From an uncultured Candidatus Rokubacteria bacterium (GTDB lineage Bacteria > Methylomirabilota > Methylomirabilia > Rokubacteriales > DASRDR01): a stretch of DNA of 64,000 nt. The notes beneath the pieces are model-generated. The model did no database searches, had not been told where the DNA came from, and saw only the letters and a list, made by a program, of their open reading frames with translations. The DNA is taken from contig CAWGVS010000003.1 in NCBI GenBank assembly GCA_963826115.1, positions 96,001 through 160,000 on the forward strand, in the 5' to 3' direction. Numbering within the stretch: position 1 is the first letter of the stretch; each line of letters begins with the position of its first letter. Shown here in pieces: positions 9,315 through 18,780 of the stretch. The position numbers and the translations under genes were made by a program.

Positions 9315-10199
9315 TCAGGGGGCGCGGCTCCGCGCGAGCGCCGCGGCCCGCTCGCGGAGCGCCGGCGCGCCGAGCCGGGTTGCCCAGTCCCCGAGCTCGC
9401 GGCCAGGACCGCGCCAGCGGAGCCCGTCGACGTCGGCGCCGACCGGCGCATCCAGGCGCAGCGTGGCCAGCGCGCGGAACAACAGGGCGCGAGCCCGCTC
9501 GGCGGCGAGCGTGGCGGCGAGACGCGCCGCGCCGCGCACCGTCACATCCCACGCCGCGGCCTGGTCCGGGATCGCCTCGATGTGCCGGTACCGGGCGAGC
9601 ACCGTCGCCGCCGAGCGGGCGCCCCAGCCCGGCAGCCCGGGATAGCCGTCGGCGGCGTCGCCAACCAGCGCCAGCCAGTCGGGAATCGACGCGGGCGGCA
9701 CGCCGAACTTCCGCTCGACGCCCCCCTCGTCGCGCACCTCGCGCGTCCGCCGGTCCAGCTGGACGACCCGGTCCCCCCGCACGCACTGAGCCAGGTCCTT
9801 GTCCGGCGTGCAGACCACAACCTGCGTGACGCGCGGATCGGCCGCGGCCATCGCGGCGGCCGCGGCAAGCGCGTCGTCGGCCTCGAACTCGACCATCGGC
9901 CAGACCACGACGCCGAGCGCACGGAGCGCGTCCTCCAGCGGCTCGAACTGGGCGCGGAGCACCGGGTCCACTCCCTCGCCGGTCTTGTAGCCCGGCCAGA
10001 GGGCGTTGCGGAAGGACTCGATCACGTGGTCCGTGGCAACCCCGAGGTGTGTCGCGCCGCCCTCGAGCATCCCGAGCACCGACCCGACGACGCCGCGGAC
10101 GCCTCGGAGGCCTTCCGGAGCGGAGCGGTCGAAGGACGCCGCGGGCGAGAGGAAATAGCGGAAGAGCTCGTACGTCCCGTCGACGAGGTGGACGATCAC
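9315..10199 (-). CDS. Stand-alone 5'-3' exonuclease / flap endonuclease (Xni/ExoIX-like)
   Basis: HLVDGT, EADD, DKDLAQ, LVGDAADGYPGLPGWG (H3TH motif); GTG start 10199. Confidence 0.9.
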   Translation of the reverse strand: MIVHLVDGTYELFRYFLSPAASFDRSAPEGLRGVRGVVGSVLGMLEGGATHLGVATDHVIESFRNALWPGYKTGEGVDPVLRAQFEPLEDALRALGVVVWPMVEFEADDALAAAAAMAAADPRVTQVVVCTPDKDLAQCVRGDRVVQLDRRTREVRDEGGVERKFGVPPASIPDWLALVGDAADGYPGLPGWGARSAATVLARYRHIEAIPDQAAAWDVTVRGAARLAATLAAERARALLFRALATLRLDAPVGADVDGLRWRGPGRELGDWATRLGAPALRERAAALARSRAP

Positions 10200-10216
10200 G
10201 GAGCCGGCGTTTACCC

Positions 10217-10663
10217 CTAGGACGCGGACCGCATGAGCTGCAGGGTGCACGAGCGCGGGATCGAGCCGCTCTCCGTCCGGAGCTTCCACCGCTGGCTGCC
10301 CGTCAGCCGCGCCACGCTCTCCTCGATCCGCCCGCGGTACTCCGCCTCGTAGCTGTAGTTGGGCGTGTTCACCTTGGTCGTGAGCACGACGTCACCGTTC
10401 GCCGCCACGGGCCCTTCGCCGCGCTCGAACATCCCGCTGGGTCCCCCGTTCGGATGCTGGATCTCCCGCTCGTAGCGCGCGCGCCCGTCGGCCACGGCCA
10501 TCGTCACCTTCGTCCGCAGCGGGCGGAGCCTCGGCAGGGCCTCGCACTCGATCGTCCCGACGAAGGTCCCGGTCCCGACCTGTGCGACCGACGCGGTGGT
10601 GACAAGCGCCGCGGCAAGGAGGACGACCCCCGCGGCGCGCGACGCACCCGGGCGAGCCGTCAT
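10217..10663 (-). CDS. Hypothetical secreted beta-rich protein
   Basis: Signal-peptide-like N-terminus, two Cys, GC3-rich codons; start overlaps the upstream stop (ATGA). Confidence 0.6.
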   Translation of the reverse strand: MTARPGASRAAGVVLLAAALVTTASVAQVGTGTFVGTIECEALPRLRPLRTKVTMAVADGRARYEREIQHPNGGPSGMFERGEGPVAANGDVVLTTKVNTPNYSYEAEYRGRIEESVARLTGSQRWKLRTESGSIPRSCTLQLMRSAS

Positions 10664-11004
10664 CGAGACCGCCCTGACGGCCCCGCGTGAGGCTTCCCCC
10701 AGTACAGGGGCGCGGCCGGGAAGACGGGCCGGCACCTGATGGCCTCGGTCGGCCCGTCGAGGGTGTCGGCCACCGCCCGCCACACGGCGTAGTGGGGCGT
10801 GGCCCGGTGCGCCTCCAGCGCCTCCGGTCCGGTGTACACCTCGTAGAAGTAGTACACGTTCGCGTCCTGCTCGTCCTGGAGCACGTTGAACCGCAGGCAG
10901 CCGGGTTCGTCCCGCTCCGAGCCGAGCGCGTCGGTCTCGATCGCGTCCAGGAACCGCTGCCGGAGCTCCGGCTTGATCCGCACCTTCACCCAAATCGCGA
11001 GCAT
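10660..11004 (-). CDS. ABM/LsrG-like putative quinol monooxygenase
   Basis: EPGCLRFNVLQ, YEVY, HRATPHY motifs; SD-like AAGGGGG upstream. Confidence 0.85.
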   Translation of the reverse strand: MLAIWVKVRIKPELRQRFLDAIETDALGSERDEPGCLRFNVLQDEQDANVYYFYEVYTGPEALEAHRATPHYAVWRAVADTLDGPTEAIRCRPVFPAAPLYWGKPHAGPSGRSR

Positions 11005-11202
11005 GCGTCCCCCTTCGTGCGATCGAGACCCGGTCGTCCCGGGACCCCGTCAGGTCCGGCAAACGCGGTGATTTTGCACTATTATGCATGGGACGGCTCT
11101 CGCGTTCAGGCGGTGCCCACCGCCATACCGGCGTTGCCAGGCTGAGAGGGGTTCTCACCGGTCGGCGTCCTGGAAACACTCCGAGAGTCAAGGAGGCTCG
11201 TC

Positions 11203-11862
11203 ATGTCGTTGCGGATCAACAGCGAGGCCCCGAACTTCACCGCCGAGACCACCCAGGGCCCGATCCACTTCCACGACTGGATCGGCGCCGGGTGGGCCAT
11301 CCTCTTCTCCCACCCGAAGGACTTCACTCCGGTGTGCACGACCGAGCTCGGCTACATGGCGCGCCTCAAGCCGGAGTTCGACAAGCGGAACACCAAGGTC
11401 ATCGGGCTGAGCGTCGACCCGGTCGCAGACCACCTGCGGTGGTCGAAGGACATCGAGGAGACCGGCGGCTATCCCGTCACCTACCCGATGATCGGGGACC
11501 CCGAGCTCAAGATCGCCAAGACCTACGACATGCTGCCCGCCGAGTCGGGCAGCACCTCGCAGGGCCGCACGGCCGCCGACAACGCCACGGTCCGGTCGGT
11601 GTTCGTCATCGGCCCCGACAAGAAGGTCAAGGCGATGCTGACCTATCCGATGAGCACCGGCCGCAACTTCGACGAGGTGCTGCGGCTCCTCGACTCCTGC
11701 CAGCTGACGGCCAAGCACAAGGTCGCGACGCCGGTGAACTGGCGGCAGGGCGACGACGTCATCATCGTGCCGGCCGTCTCCGACGCGGAGGCCAAGGAGA
11801 AGTTCCCCGGCGGCTGGAAGTCGCCCAAGCCGTACCTCCGCATCGTCCCGCAGCCCCGGTAG
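11203..11862 (+). CDS. 1-Cys peroxiredoxin (Prx6 subfamily)
   Basis: FSHPKDFTPVCTTE active site; YPMSTGRNFDE; SD AAGGAGG. Confidence 0.96.
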   Translation: MSLRINSEAPNFTAETTQGPIHFHDWIGAGWAILFSHPKDFTPVCTTELGYMARLKPEFDKRNTKVIGLSVDPVADHLRWSKDIEETGGYPVTYPMIGDPELKIAKTYDMLPAESGSTSQGRTAADNATVRSVFVIGPDKKVKAMLTYPMSTGRNFDEVLRLLDSCQLTAKHKVATPVNWRQGDDVIIVPAVSDAEAKEKFPGGWKSPKPYLRIVPQPR

Positions 11863-11984
11863 CCGGACGGCCAGGCTGGCCGCCGCGCGGGTGACGGGGC
11901 TCCTGCTCCCGCTCCGCCCGGGCGGCGGGCGGCCGGGTCGAAGGCCGGACGGCCCGGTGCGAGTCCGTCGCGAGAGGCGCGCGC

Positions 11985-13103
11985 TCAGCGCCCCGGCCAG
12001 ACCCAGAGGTCCGGCCACTGGTCGTTCCCCTCGTGGTGCGTGAGGCGCACCGCGTGCTCCCAGGGAGTTCCGACCTCCCACACGAAGATCTCGTAGTCGG
12101 CGCTGTCGTGCTCGTGGCCCTCCGCGGCGGCGCCCCACACGAGCCACCGCCCGTCGCTCGAGAGCTTCGGAAAATACTCGTGGCTGTAGGCGCCCGGGAG
12201 ATCCATGAACACACGGCGATCGGCGCCGTCGGGTGACGCCGCCATGACCCTGGTGCCGCCGTTGCCGCCCGTCTCCATCCAGAGGACGCGCCGGTCGTCG
12301 GGCGCCCACGTCGGCTGGCACGCCTGCTCCCGCGTGAGGATCGAGAGCCGGCGGGTGACGAGATCGAGCACGACCGCTCCCGAGAACTGGCCCTCGAGCC
12401 CGTAAGCGCCGCCAAACCGTCCCCGGAGCCCGAACGCGAGCCGCCCGCCATCGTGCGACAGCTCGAAATCTCCGATCTCGGTGACCCCGTGAAACTCGCG
12501 CTCCCCGTCGAGGACGAGATCCTGCCGACGGGTCTTCAAGTCGAGGCGCCAGAGCTGGAAGCCCTTCTCGAACACCACCGCCGCGCCCCGGTCCGCCCAG
12601 GTCGCGTGGTATCCGCCCCGCGCCAAGACCTCCTCCCCCGTGCCGTCCGTGTTCACCAGCATCACGTCCCACGCCGCCTTCTCACGGAAGCTCACCCCTT
12701 CCCTCTGACTCCGGAGGAAGAGGACGCGTCGCCCATCCGGCGAGAGGCGCGAAAGGAAGTCGACGCGCGGGTCGCGGGTCAGCCGGCGGGACGTCTGCCG
12801 GGTCAGGTCGAGCAGGTACAGCTCGTGGTTGCCGGTCCGATTCGAGGACCAGACGACGAGCCCGTCGAGCCTCCGCCCGAGGACCGCGACCGCCTCGCGC
12901 TCGGGGCCCGTGAGAGCGCGGAGCCGCCGCCGGACGGGCACGAGCGGGGCCGTGGCCCGCATCCACTGACGCGCCGGCCAGCGGGCGGCCGCCGACAGCG
13001 GCCCAGGCAGGAGGTGGGCGACCCGGGCGAGCGCCACGTCAGCGCCGATCACAAGCGCGAGTACCAGGATCGGCACCAGCACGCGGTACCGGCCCTGCTT
13101 CAT
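11985..13103 (-). CDS. TolB-like PD40 beta-propeller protein with N-terminal membrane anchor
   Basis: Repeated SPDG/WAPDD/SSDG blades; SNRTGNHELY; hydrophobic N-terminus. Confidence 0.75.
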   Translation of the reverse strand: MKQGRYRVLVPILVLALVIGADVALARVAHLLPGPLSAAARWPARQWMRATAPLVPVRRRLRALTGPEREAVAVLGRRLDGLVVWSSNRTGNHELYLLDLTRQTSRRLTRDPRVDFLSRLSPDGRRVLFLRSQREGVSFREKAAWDVMLVNTDGTGEEVLARGGYHATWADRGAAVVFEKGFQLWRLDLKTRRQDLVLDGEREFHGVTEIGDFELSHDGGRLAFGLRGRFGGAYGLEGQFSGAVVLDLVTRRLSILTREQACQPTWAPDDRRVLWMETGGNGGTRVMAASPDGADRRVFMDLPGAYSHEYFPKLSSDGRWLVWGAAAEGHEHDSADYEIFVWEVGTPWEHAVRLTHHEGNDQWPDLWVWPGR

Positions 13104-13221
13104 GGCCGACGGGTCCGCAGGCGACGGGGCGCGCACCCCGCCCACAATCCGGGGCACATCCCGGCACCACGGGTCGTCCGCCGCCCCCGCGCCGGAGGAA
13201 GGGCGCGGATGTGGCCCGCGC

Positions 13222-14226
13222 TCAACGCGCCGACGCCGGCCGGCCCGCGCACACGCGCGCCAGGAACAGCTCGAGGAAGCGCGCGGCGTGGACCCTCGTC
13301 GCGACCCGGCAATTCGGCGGAGTCCGCTCGCCGGGTGGCAGCGTCCGGAGGTCGGCCACCGATGCGCCGCGCGTCACGCGCCCCTCGTCCTCCACGTCCA
13401 CGTGGAGCGGCGCGAGATGGACCAGCGAGGGATCGAGCGCCACCCCCACGGCGAGCGGGTCGTGGAGCGCGAACCCCTCCTCGCCCCGCCGGTCGCCGAA
13501 CGTGAACAGGTGGTTCGTGAAGTCGTCGATGAACCGCGCCACGCGCGGGTCCCCGCGGCCGAGGGCCGCGGCCAGCTGCTCGCGTCGAAGCGTGACCTGC
13601 TGCGTCGCGTCCAGCGGAACCAGCTCGAGCGGCAGCCCCGAGCGAAAGACCGCGGCCGCGGCTTCCGGGTCCACGTGGAAGTTGAACTCCGCCGCCGGCG
13701 TCACGTTCCCGGGCACCGCCACCGCGCCACCCATGATGACGATGCGCGCAACCCGGGCCAGGCGGCGCCGGTCCCGCTCGAGGGCGACGGCGAGATTGGT
13801 GAGGGGCCCGAGCGCCACGACCACCAGCTCGCCGGGGAACCGGTCGGCCATCTCGAGGATGAGGTCGGCGGCGTCGACGCTCTCCGCGCGCGCGAGGCGG
13901 CCGGCGGCGGAGACCGGGTAGCGAGGCGCGCCGTCCGCGTCGAGGAGGCGGGTCGCGCCTCCGAGCCCGTCGTCGCCGTGGAATTCCGACGCGGTGACGA
14001 GCGGGCCGCGGAGCGGCGCCGCGGCGCCGCGGGCGACGCGCACCGGCGAGACCGGTGCCCCGACCGCAACGATCCGGTGGACGTTGTCGGTCGTGAAGTC
14101 GACGGGGACGTTGCCCGCCACCGAGGTGATGGCCTCGAGCGACACCTCCGGAGACGCGAAGGCGAGGAGGATCGCGAGCGCGTCGTCGATGCCGGGATCG
14201 GTGTCGATCAGCCAGGGCACGGGCAC
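13222..14226 (-). CDS. Inosine-uridine preferring nucleoside hydrolase
   Basis: DTDPGIDD Asp cluster; GPLTN, AEFN, LHDP motifs. Confidence 0.93.
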   Translation of the reverse strand: MPVPWLIDTDPGIDDALAILLAFASPEVSLEAITSVAGNVPVDFTTDNVHRIVAVGAPVSPVRVARGAAAPLRGPLVTASEFHGDDGLGGATRLLDADGAPRYPVSAAGRLARAESVDAADLILEMADRFPGELVVVALGPLTNLAVALERDRRRLARVARIVIMGGAVAVPGNVTPAAEFNFHVDPEAAAAVFRSGLPLELVPLDATQQVTLRREQLAAALGRGDPRVARFIDDFTNHLFTFGDRRGEEGFALHDPLAVGVALDPSLVHLAPLHVDVEDEGRVTRGASVADLRTLPPGERTPPNCRVATRVHAARFLELFLARVCAGRPASAR

Positions 14227-14256
14227 GGGAACGGCCTCTCGGGTCCGAGCGCGGGT

Positions 14257-15318
14257 CTAGGCGAACACGAACGCCCGGCGCGGGTTGTCCACCAGCAGGG
14301 TCTCGATCGTTCGTTCGTCGACGCCCTTCCGCCGGAGCTGCGGCACGACGCTGACCAGGAGGTGCTGGTAGCCGAAGCCGCCCCACCGCGTGAGGCAGTG
14401 CTTGTAGGCAATGTCGTGGGACATGAGGATCCGGTCCAAATGGCCGTGTTCGATCAGGAAGAGGATCTGGCGGAGGCGCCCCGCGTCGTTCGGCATGTCG
14501 AACGAGGGGTTGTAGGGATAGTAGGATGTCTCCAGTCCGAACAGGTCGTACTCGAGGTGGACGCCGGTCGCCGCGAGCTCGAGCAGCACCGCGGGGTCGG
14601 TGATCGTCCGCTCGATGTGGCACATGATCGTGCGCCGGAGGTCGGCGCCCTCGCGACGGATGACGTCCACGATCTCGAGCGGCAGCCGCTCGTGCCGCCC
14701 CGGGTGGATCATGAGCGGCGCGCCCGTCTCCCGCTGGGCCAGCACCGCCGCCTGCACGACCTTCCGCTCGTTGGCGGTCCACGGCCAGCTGGTCCCGATC
14801 TCGCCGATGAAGCCCGCGCGGACCCCCGTGTCCCCCACGCCGGTGGTGAGCTCGGCCACGATCTCGCGCGCGATCCCGTCCACGGTCTTGGCGTCCATGT
14901 CCGGCGGGTGCGACGCCGCCACGTAGTAGCCCGATCCCATGACGATGTTCAGGCCGGTCGCCCGCGACACGCGCGCCAGCGCGAGGGGATCCCGGGACAA
15001 CCCCCGGTTCGTGGGATCGACGAGGGTCCGGCCGCCGGCCTGGCGGTACAGGAGGAGCTCGTCCTTCGCAACGCTCTCGTCGGTGAGCCGCAGGTTGTCG
15101 AGACTCGAGCTGAAGTTCCGCCGCACCCAGCCGAGGTTGTCCATCTGGACCGGCTGGCGTGCGAGCGCCCGTTCCCGCTCGCCGTCGGGCTCCTTGAACA
15201 TCAGGGTGAAGTCGATGAGGAGATGCTCGTGCGGGAGCGTGATGCCCATGTCCGCGGCGGCGATCGGGCCGAGCACCGTCTGGGCCCGCCCCGCGAGCGG
15301 CGAAGGCGCCATCGTCAT
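14257..15318 (-). CDS. Phosphotriesterase-related protein (PHP/PLL amidohydrolase)
   Basis: TLPHEHL, GSGYY, GEIG, IHPGR, CHIER, SHD metal ligands. Confidence 0.92.
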   Translation of the reverse strand: MTMAPSPLAGRAQTVLGPIAAADMGITLPHEHLLIDFTLMFKEPDGERERALARQPVQMDNLGWVRRNFSSSLDNLRLTDESVAKDELLLYRQAGGRTLVDPTNRGLSRDPLALARVSRATGLNIVMGSGYYVAASHPPDMDAKTVDGIAREIVAELTTGVGDTGVRAGFIGEIGTSWPWTANERKVVQAAVLAQRETGAPLMIHPGRHERLPLEIVDVIRREGADLRRTIMCHIERTITDPAVLLELAATGVHLEYDLFGLETSYYPYNPSFDMPNDAGRLRQILFLIEHGHLDRILMSHDIAYKHCLTRWGGFGYQHLLVSVVPQLRRKGVDERTIETLLVDNPRRAFVFA

Positions 15319-15352
15319 CTCTCCGTCGAGCGGGCCCGTCCCGGGCGGCCGC

Positions 15353-16150
15353 TCAGCCCGAACGGAGGAGATAGGGCAGCCACCGGCCGAGGACCCCGGT
15401 CAGCGTGCCGTCCTGTTTCAGGCTCGCGAGGATGTCGTTCAGCTGGGCGAGAAGCTGCGGGTCGTCCCGCCGGACTCCCCAGGCGAGATTCTCGCGGTTG
15501 AGCGGCTGCCAGATCCCGGCGAGGTCGGCCTCGTTCGCCGACACGAGCCATGCGATCGACGGGGCGTCGTGCACGAACACGTCCACCGTGCGGCGCCGGA
15601 GCGCCAGCGCGCCGTCGCTCGCGCGCGAGAGCGGAACGCGCCGGGCGCTGGGGAAGCTCTGCTGCACGAACACGTCGCCGGTCGTCCCCTCGATGAAACC
15701 CACGCTCGCCGAGGTCTGGAGGAGGGCGTCGCGCGAGGGGTAGCGCGCGGCGTCGTCGACGCGCACCAGAGCCATCAGCCCCGCCTCGAGGTACGGCGTC
15801 GTGAACGCGATCCGGACCGCCCGCGCCTCCGTCACCGACATGCCGGACATGATCACGTCGGTCCGGCCCGCCAGGAGGGCGTCGATCTGCCGATCCCACG
15901 CGACCTCGACGAAGTAGAGCGGCCGCCCCAGGCGCGTCGCCACGAGCCGGGCGAGGTCAGCCTCCACGCCGGCGACCTGGCCGGCCTGCCGGAAGACGAT
16001 GGGCGGGTAGGTCGACGTGACCCCGACGCGCAGCGCATTCGCCGGGACCTCGGCCGGTCCCGGAGCGGGTCGGTAGTAGTCCTCGACGCAGCCGGCCCCA
16101 AGCGTGGCGAACACGAGCAGGTAGGCGAGCCGACGGCGCACGCGCGTCAT
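15353..16150 (-). CDS. Polar amino-acid ABC substrate-binding lipoprotein (SBP family 3), orphan
   Basis: Lipobox GAGC; YPP, GVEADLA, SGMSVTEAR motifs; SD GAGGAG. Confidence 0.85.
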   Translation of the reverse strand: MTRVRRRLAYLLVFATLGAGCVEDYYRPAPGPAEVPANALRVGVTSTYPPIVFRQAGQVAGVEADLARLVATRLGRPLYFVEVAWDRQIDALLAGRTDVIMSGMSVTEARAVRIAFTTPYLEAGLMALVRVDDAARYPSRDALLQTSASVGFIEGTTGDVFVQQSFPSARRVPLSRASDGALALRRRTVDVFVHDAPSIAWLVSANEADLAGIWQPLNRENLAWGVRRDDPQLLAQLNDILASLKQDGTLTGVLGRWLPYLLRSG

Positions 16151-16249
16151 ACGAGGCTCCTCTCCCGGCCGGCACACCGGCGCGATCGAATGTCGAGCAT
16201 CATAGCAGGCCCTCGGGCGTATCATGCGAGTCGCCGCGAACCCGGACCG

Positions 16250-16513
16250 ATGCGACTCGCTCTCGCCGCCCTGCTGCTCCTCCTCCCGCTCGCCAGGGCC
16301 GCGCGAGCCCAGACCGCCCCACAGTGCCGGGAGGCGACGGACCAGGCGCTCGCCGCGTTCAAGTCCGCGCTACCGGAGATGTCCGAGCGCGATCGGGCCG
16401 GAGCGGAGGCGCTCGTCGACGAGCTGGAGCGCCTGATCAAGGACAGCCGGGCCCGGAGCGTGGACGAGTGCGTCATCTGGCAGGAGCTCAACCGGCGCGT
16501 CGTGAGGTCCTAG
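16250..16513 (+). CDS. Small secreted helical protein with two Cys (87 aa)
   Basis: MRLALAALLLLLPLARAARA-Q signal peptide; tail of ORF 14939..16513; good codon usage. Confidence 0.6.
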   Translation: MRLALAALLLLLPLARAARAQTAPQCREATDQALAAFKSALPEMSERDRAGAEALVDELERLIKDSRARSVDECVIWQELNRRVVRS

Positions 16514-16718
16514 CCCGGTCGGCGCCTTGCGGACCCGCGGGCGGGCCCGTACCATGTCGTCGCCGCGACACGGTCGTCCCGAGCGAGGTCATCGCGTCGA
16601 ACCCAGCTCCGGATCGCGCTTCACGGTGCCGCGTTGCCGCAACGAGGCGGCGCCCGGGGACGCGCCCCGCGCCGCGCAGGGCCGGTGCCCGGCCAGTGCC
16701 GGAAGGAGCGCAGGAGCG

Positions 16719-17954
16719 ATGAAGGCGAGCGGAGGGACGGCCGCGTCCGCGACGCTGGTGGAGAGCGCGTACGCGTGGCGGCGGCTCGTGGCCTCGCTGG
16801 CGCTCAGCACCATCGGCGGCGTCGGCCTCTGGTCGGTGGTGGTCGTCCTGCCGGCGGTGCAGGCCGAGTTCGACGTCGCGCGCGGCAGCGCCTCTCTGCC
16901 CTACACCGCCACGATGCTCGGCTTCGCCATGGGCGGGATCCTCATGGGTCGCCTGGCCGACCGCTTCGGGATCGTCGTGCCGCTCGCGATCTCGTCGGTC
17001 GCGCTCGGCCTCGGCTACTTCCTGGCGGCGCAGGCGCCCACCCTGGGCGCGTTCGCGCTCACCCAGGGCCTTCTCATCGGGCTCCTCGGCAGCTCGGTGA
17101 CGTTCGGCCCGCTGGTGGCCGACGTCTCCCATTGGTTCACGCGCCGTCGGGGCATCGCGGTCTCGATCTGCGCCAGCGGCAACTACCTCGCCGGCACCGT
17201 CTGGCCCCCGGTGCTCCAGCACTTCACCACGACCCTGGGGTGGCGGCGGACGATGGTCGGCGTCGGGATCTTCTGCATCTCGAGCATGCTGCCGCTCACC
17301 TTCCTGCTCCGCCGTCGCGCGCCGGTCGGCCACGGCACGGCGTCCCTCGCCGCGACCCCGGCCGCGGGCCGCGCGCCCATCTCCCCGGGCCGCCTGCAGG
17401 CGCTCCTCATGGTCGCGGGGCTCGGCTGCTGCGTCGCCATGTCGATGCCGCAGGTGCACATCGTGGCGTACGCGAACGACCTCGGCTACGGCGTCGCCCA
17501 CGGGGCCCGGATGCTCTCGATGATGCTCGGGCTGGGCGTCGTCAGCCGCCTGGCCTCCGGGTTGATCGTCGACCGCATCGGCGGGGTCCGGGCGCTCCTC
17601 CTGGGATCCGCGCTCCAGTGCCTGACGCTCGCGCTGTTCCTCCCGTTCGACGGCCTCGTCGCCCTCTACGTCGTCTCCGCGCTGTTCGGGCTGTCGCAGG
17701 GCGGGATCGTGCCGAGCTACGCGATCATCGTCCGGGAGTACTTCGCGCCGGAGGAAGCGGGGACGCGGATCGGCACCGTGGTGATGGCGACGATCGTCGG
17801 CATGGCGCTCGGCGGCTGGATGTCGGGCGCGCTGTTCGACCTCACCGGCTCGTACACCTCGGCCTTCGTCAACGGCATCATCTGGAACCTGCTCAACCTC
17901 GCGATCGCGCTCTGGCTCCTCGGCCAGCCGCGACGCATCCCCGCGTTCGCCTAG
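16719..17954 (+). CDS. MFS transporter (monocarboxylate/OFA-like)
   Basis: 12 TM pattern; GRLADRFG and GLIVDRIG motif A; SD AGGAG. Confidence 0.9.
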   Translation: MKASGGTAASATLVESAYAWRRLVASLALSTIGGVGLWSVVVVLPAVQAEFDVARGSASLPYTATMLGFAMGGILMGRLADRFGIVVPLAISSVALGLGYFLAAQAPTLGAFALTQGLLIGLLGSSVTFGPLVADVSHWFTRRRGIAVSICASGNYLAGTVWPPVLQHFTTTLGWRRTMVGVGIFCISSMLPLTFLLRRRAPVGHGTASLAATPAAGRAPISPGRLQALLMVAGLGCCVAMSMPQVHIVAYANDLGYGVAHGARMLSMMLGLGVVSRLASGLIVDRIGGVRALLLGSALQCLTLALFLPFDGLVALYVVSALFGLSQGGIVPSYAIIVREYFAPEEAGTRIGTVVMATIVGMALGGWMSGALFDLTGSYTSAFVNGIIWNLLNLAIALWLLGQPRRIPAFA

Positions 17955-18763
17955 CGCGGCGCGGCGGGATCGAGCGGCGTCACGACGCCGGTCGCGCGCA
18001 TCGCCGCCCGCGCGATGTCGCCGATGCACTGCTCGCCCACGTGGAGGTCGGCCATGCCCTCGCAGAACACCGCGAGGATGAGCCGGCCGCCGGGGCCGCT
18101 CACGAACCCGACGTCGTTGGTCACGCCCTTGAGCCCGCCGGTCTTCGAGCCCCAGCGCACCCCGGGGGCCTCCGGCACGTACCGGCCGATCCGCCGCCCG
18201 TTCTGCTGCCGCTCGAGCATGGTGACCATCGCCGCCGTGCCGGCGGGGCCCGCCGCCCGCCCGTCGAGCAGCATGCGGATCGCCTGCGCGTAGTCCTCGG
18301 GCGTCGCCCAGTTCTCGACCTCGTCCGACTCGGCGGGCTGGCCCCGCATCTCCCGGCCCAGCGTGGAGCCCGTCATGCCGAGCGAGCGGATCGTCTCGTT
18401 GACGGCCGCCATCCCCACGCGGCGGATGAGGAGGTTCGTCGCCGAGTTGTCGCTGATGCTCATCGTGAGGTAGACGAGGTCCTCGACGGACGGGGCGAGC
18501 CCGGTGTGGAGGTGGAGCAGCACCCCGCTCCCCGCCGCCCGGTCGGCGTCGGTCAGGCGATGCGGCTCGTCCAGCGCGAGCGCCCCTCGCTCGACGCGGC
18601 GGTACACCTCGACCATCAACGGGATCTTCACCACGCTCGCCGCCCGGAAGCGGCGCCGCCCGTGACGCGACCACCGCTGGCCGGTCGGGCCCTCGAGGGC
18701 GACGCCGACGGTCCCGAACGCCTCGGCGCGGACGACGGCCTCCTCCACCTCGCTCCAGTCCAT
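17951..18763 (-). CDS. Class A beta-lactamase-related serine hydrolase, no signal peptide
   Basis: ASVVK (SxxK), SDN, SKTG motifs; SD AGGAGAG. Confidence 0.85.
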   Translation of the reverse strand: MDWSEVEEAVVRAEAFGTVGVALEGPTGQRWSRHGRRRFRAASVVKIPLMVEVYRRVERGALALDEPHRLTDADRAAGSGVLLHLHTGLAPSVEDLVYLTMSISDNSATNLLIRRVGMAAVNETIRSLGMTGSTLGREMRGQPAESDEVENWATPEDYAQAIRMLLDGRAAGPAGTAAMVTMLERQQNGRRIGRYVPEAPGVRWGSKTGGLKGVTNDVGFVSGPGGRLILAVFCEGMADLHVGEQCIGDIARAAMRATGVVTPLDPAAPR

Positions 18764-18780
18764 GTCGGCCCTCTCCTGGC

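Noticed and set aside
13102-15501. Very long ORFs such as 13102..15501(+), 23768..26566(-), 16488..18893(-) and 40741..43014(+)
   Set aside because: Antisense or frame shadows of well-supported genes, as expected at high GC; no motifs
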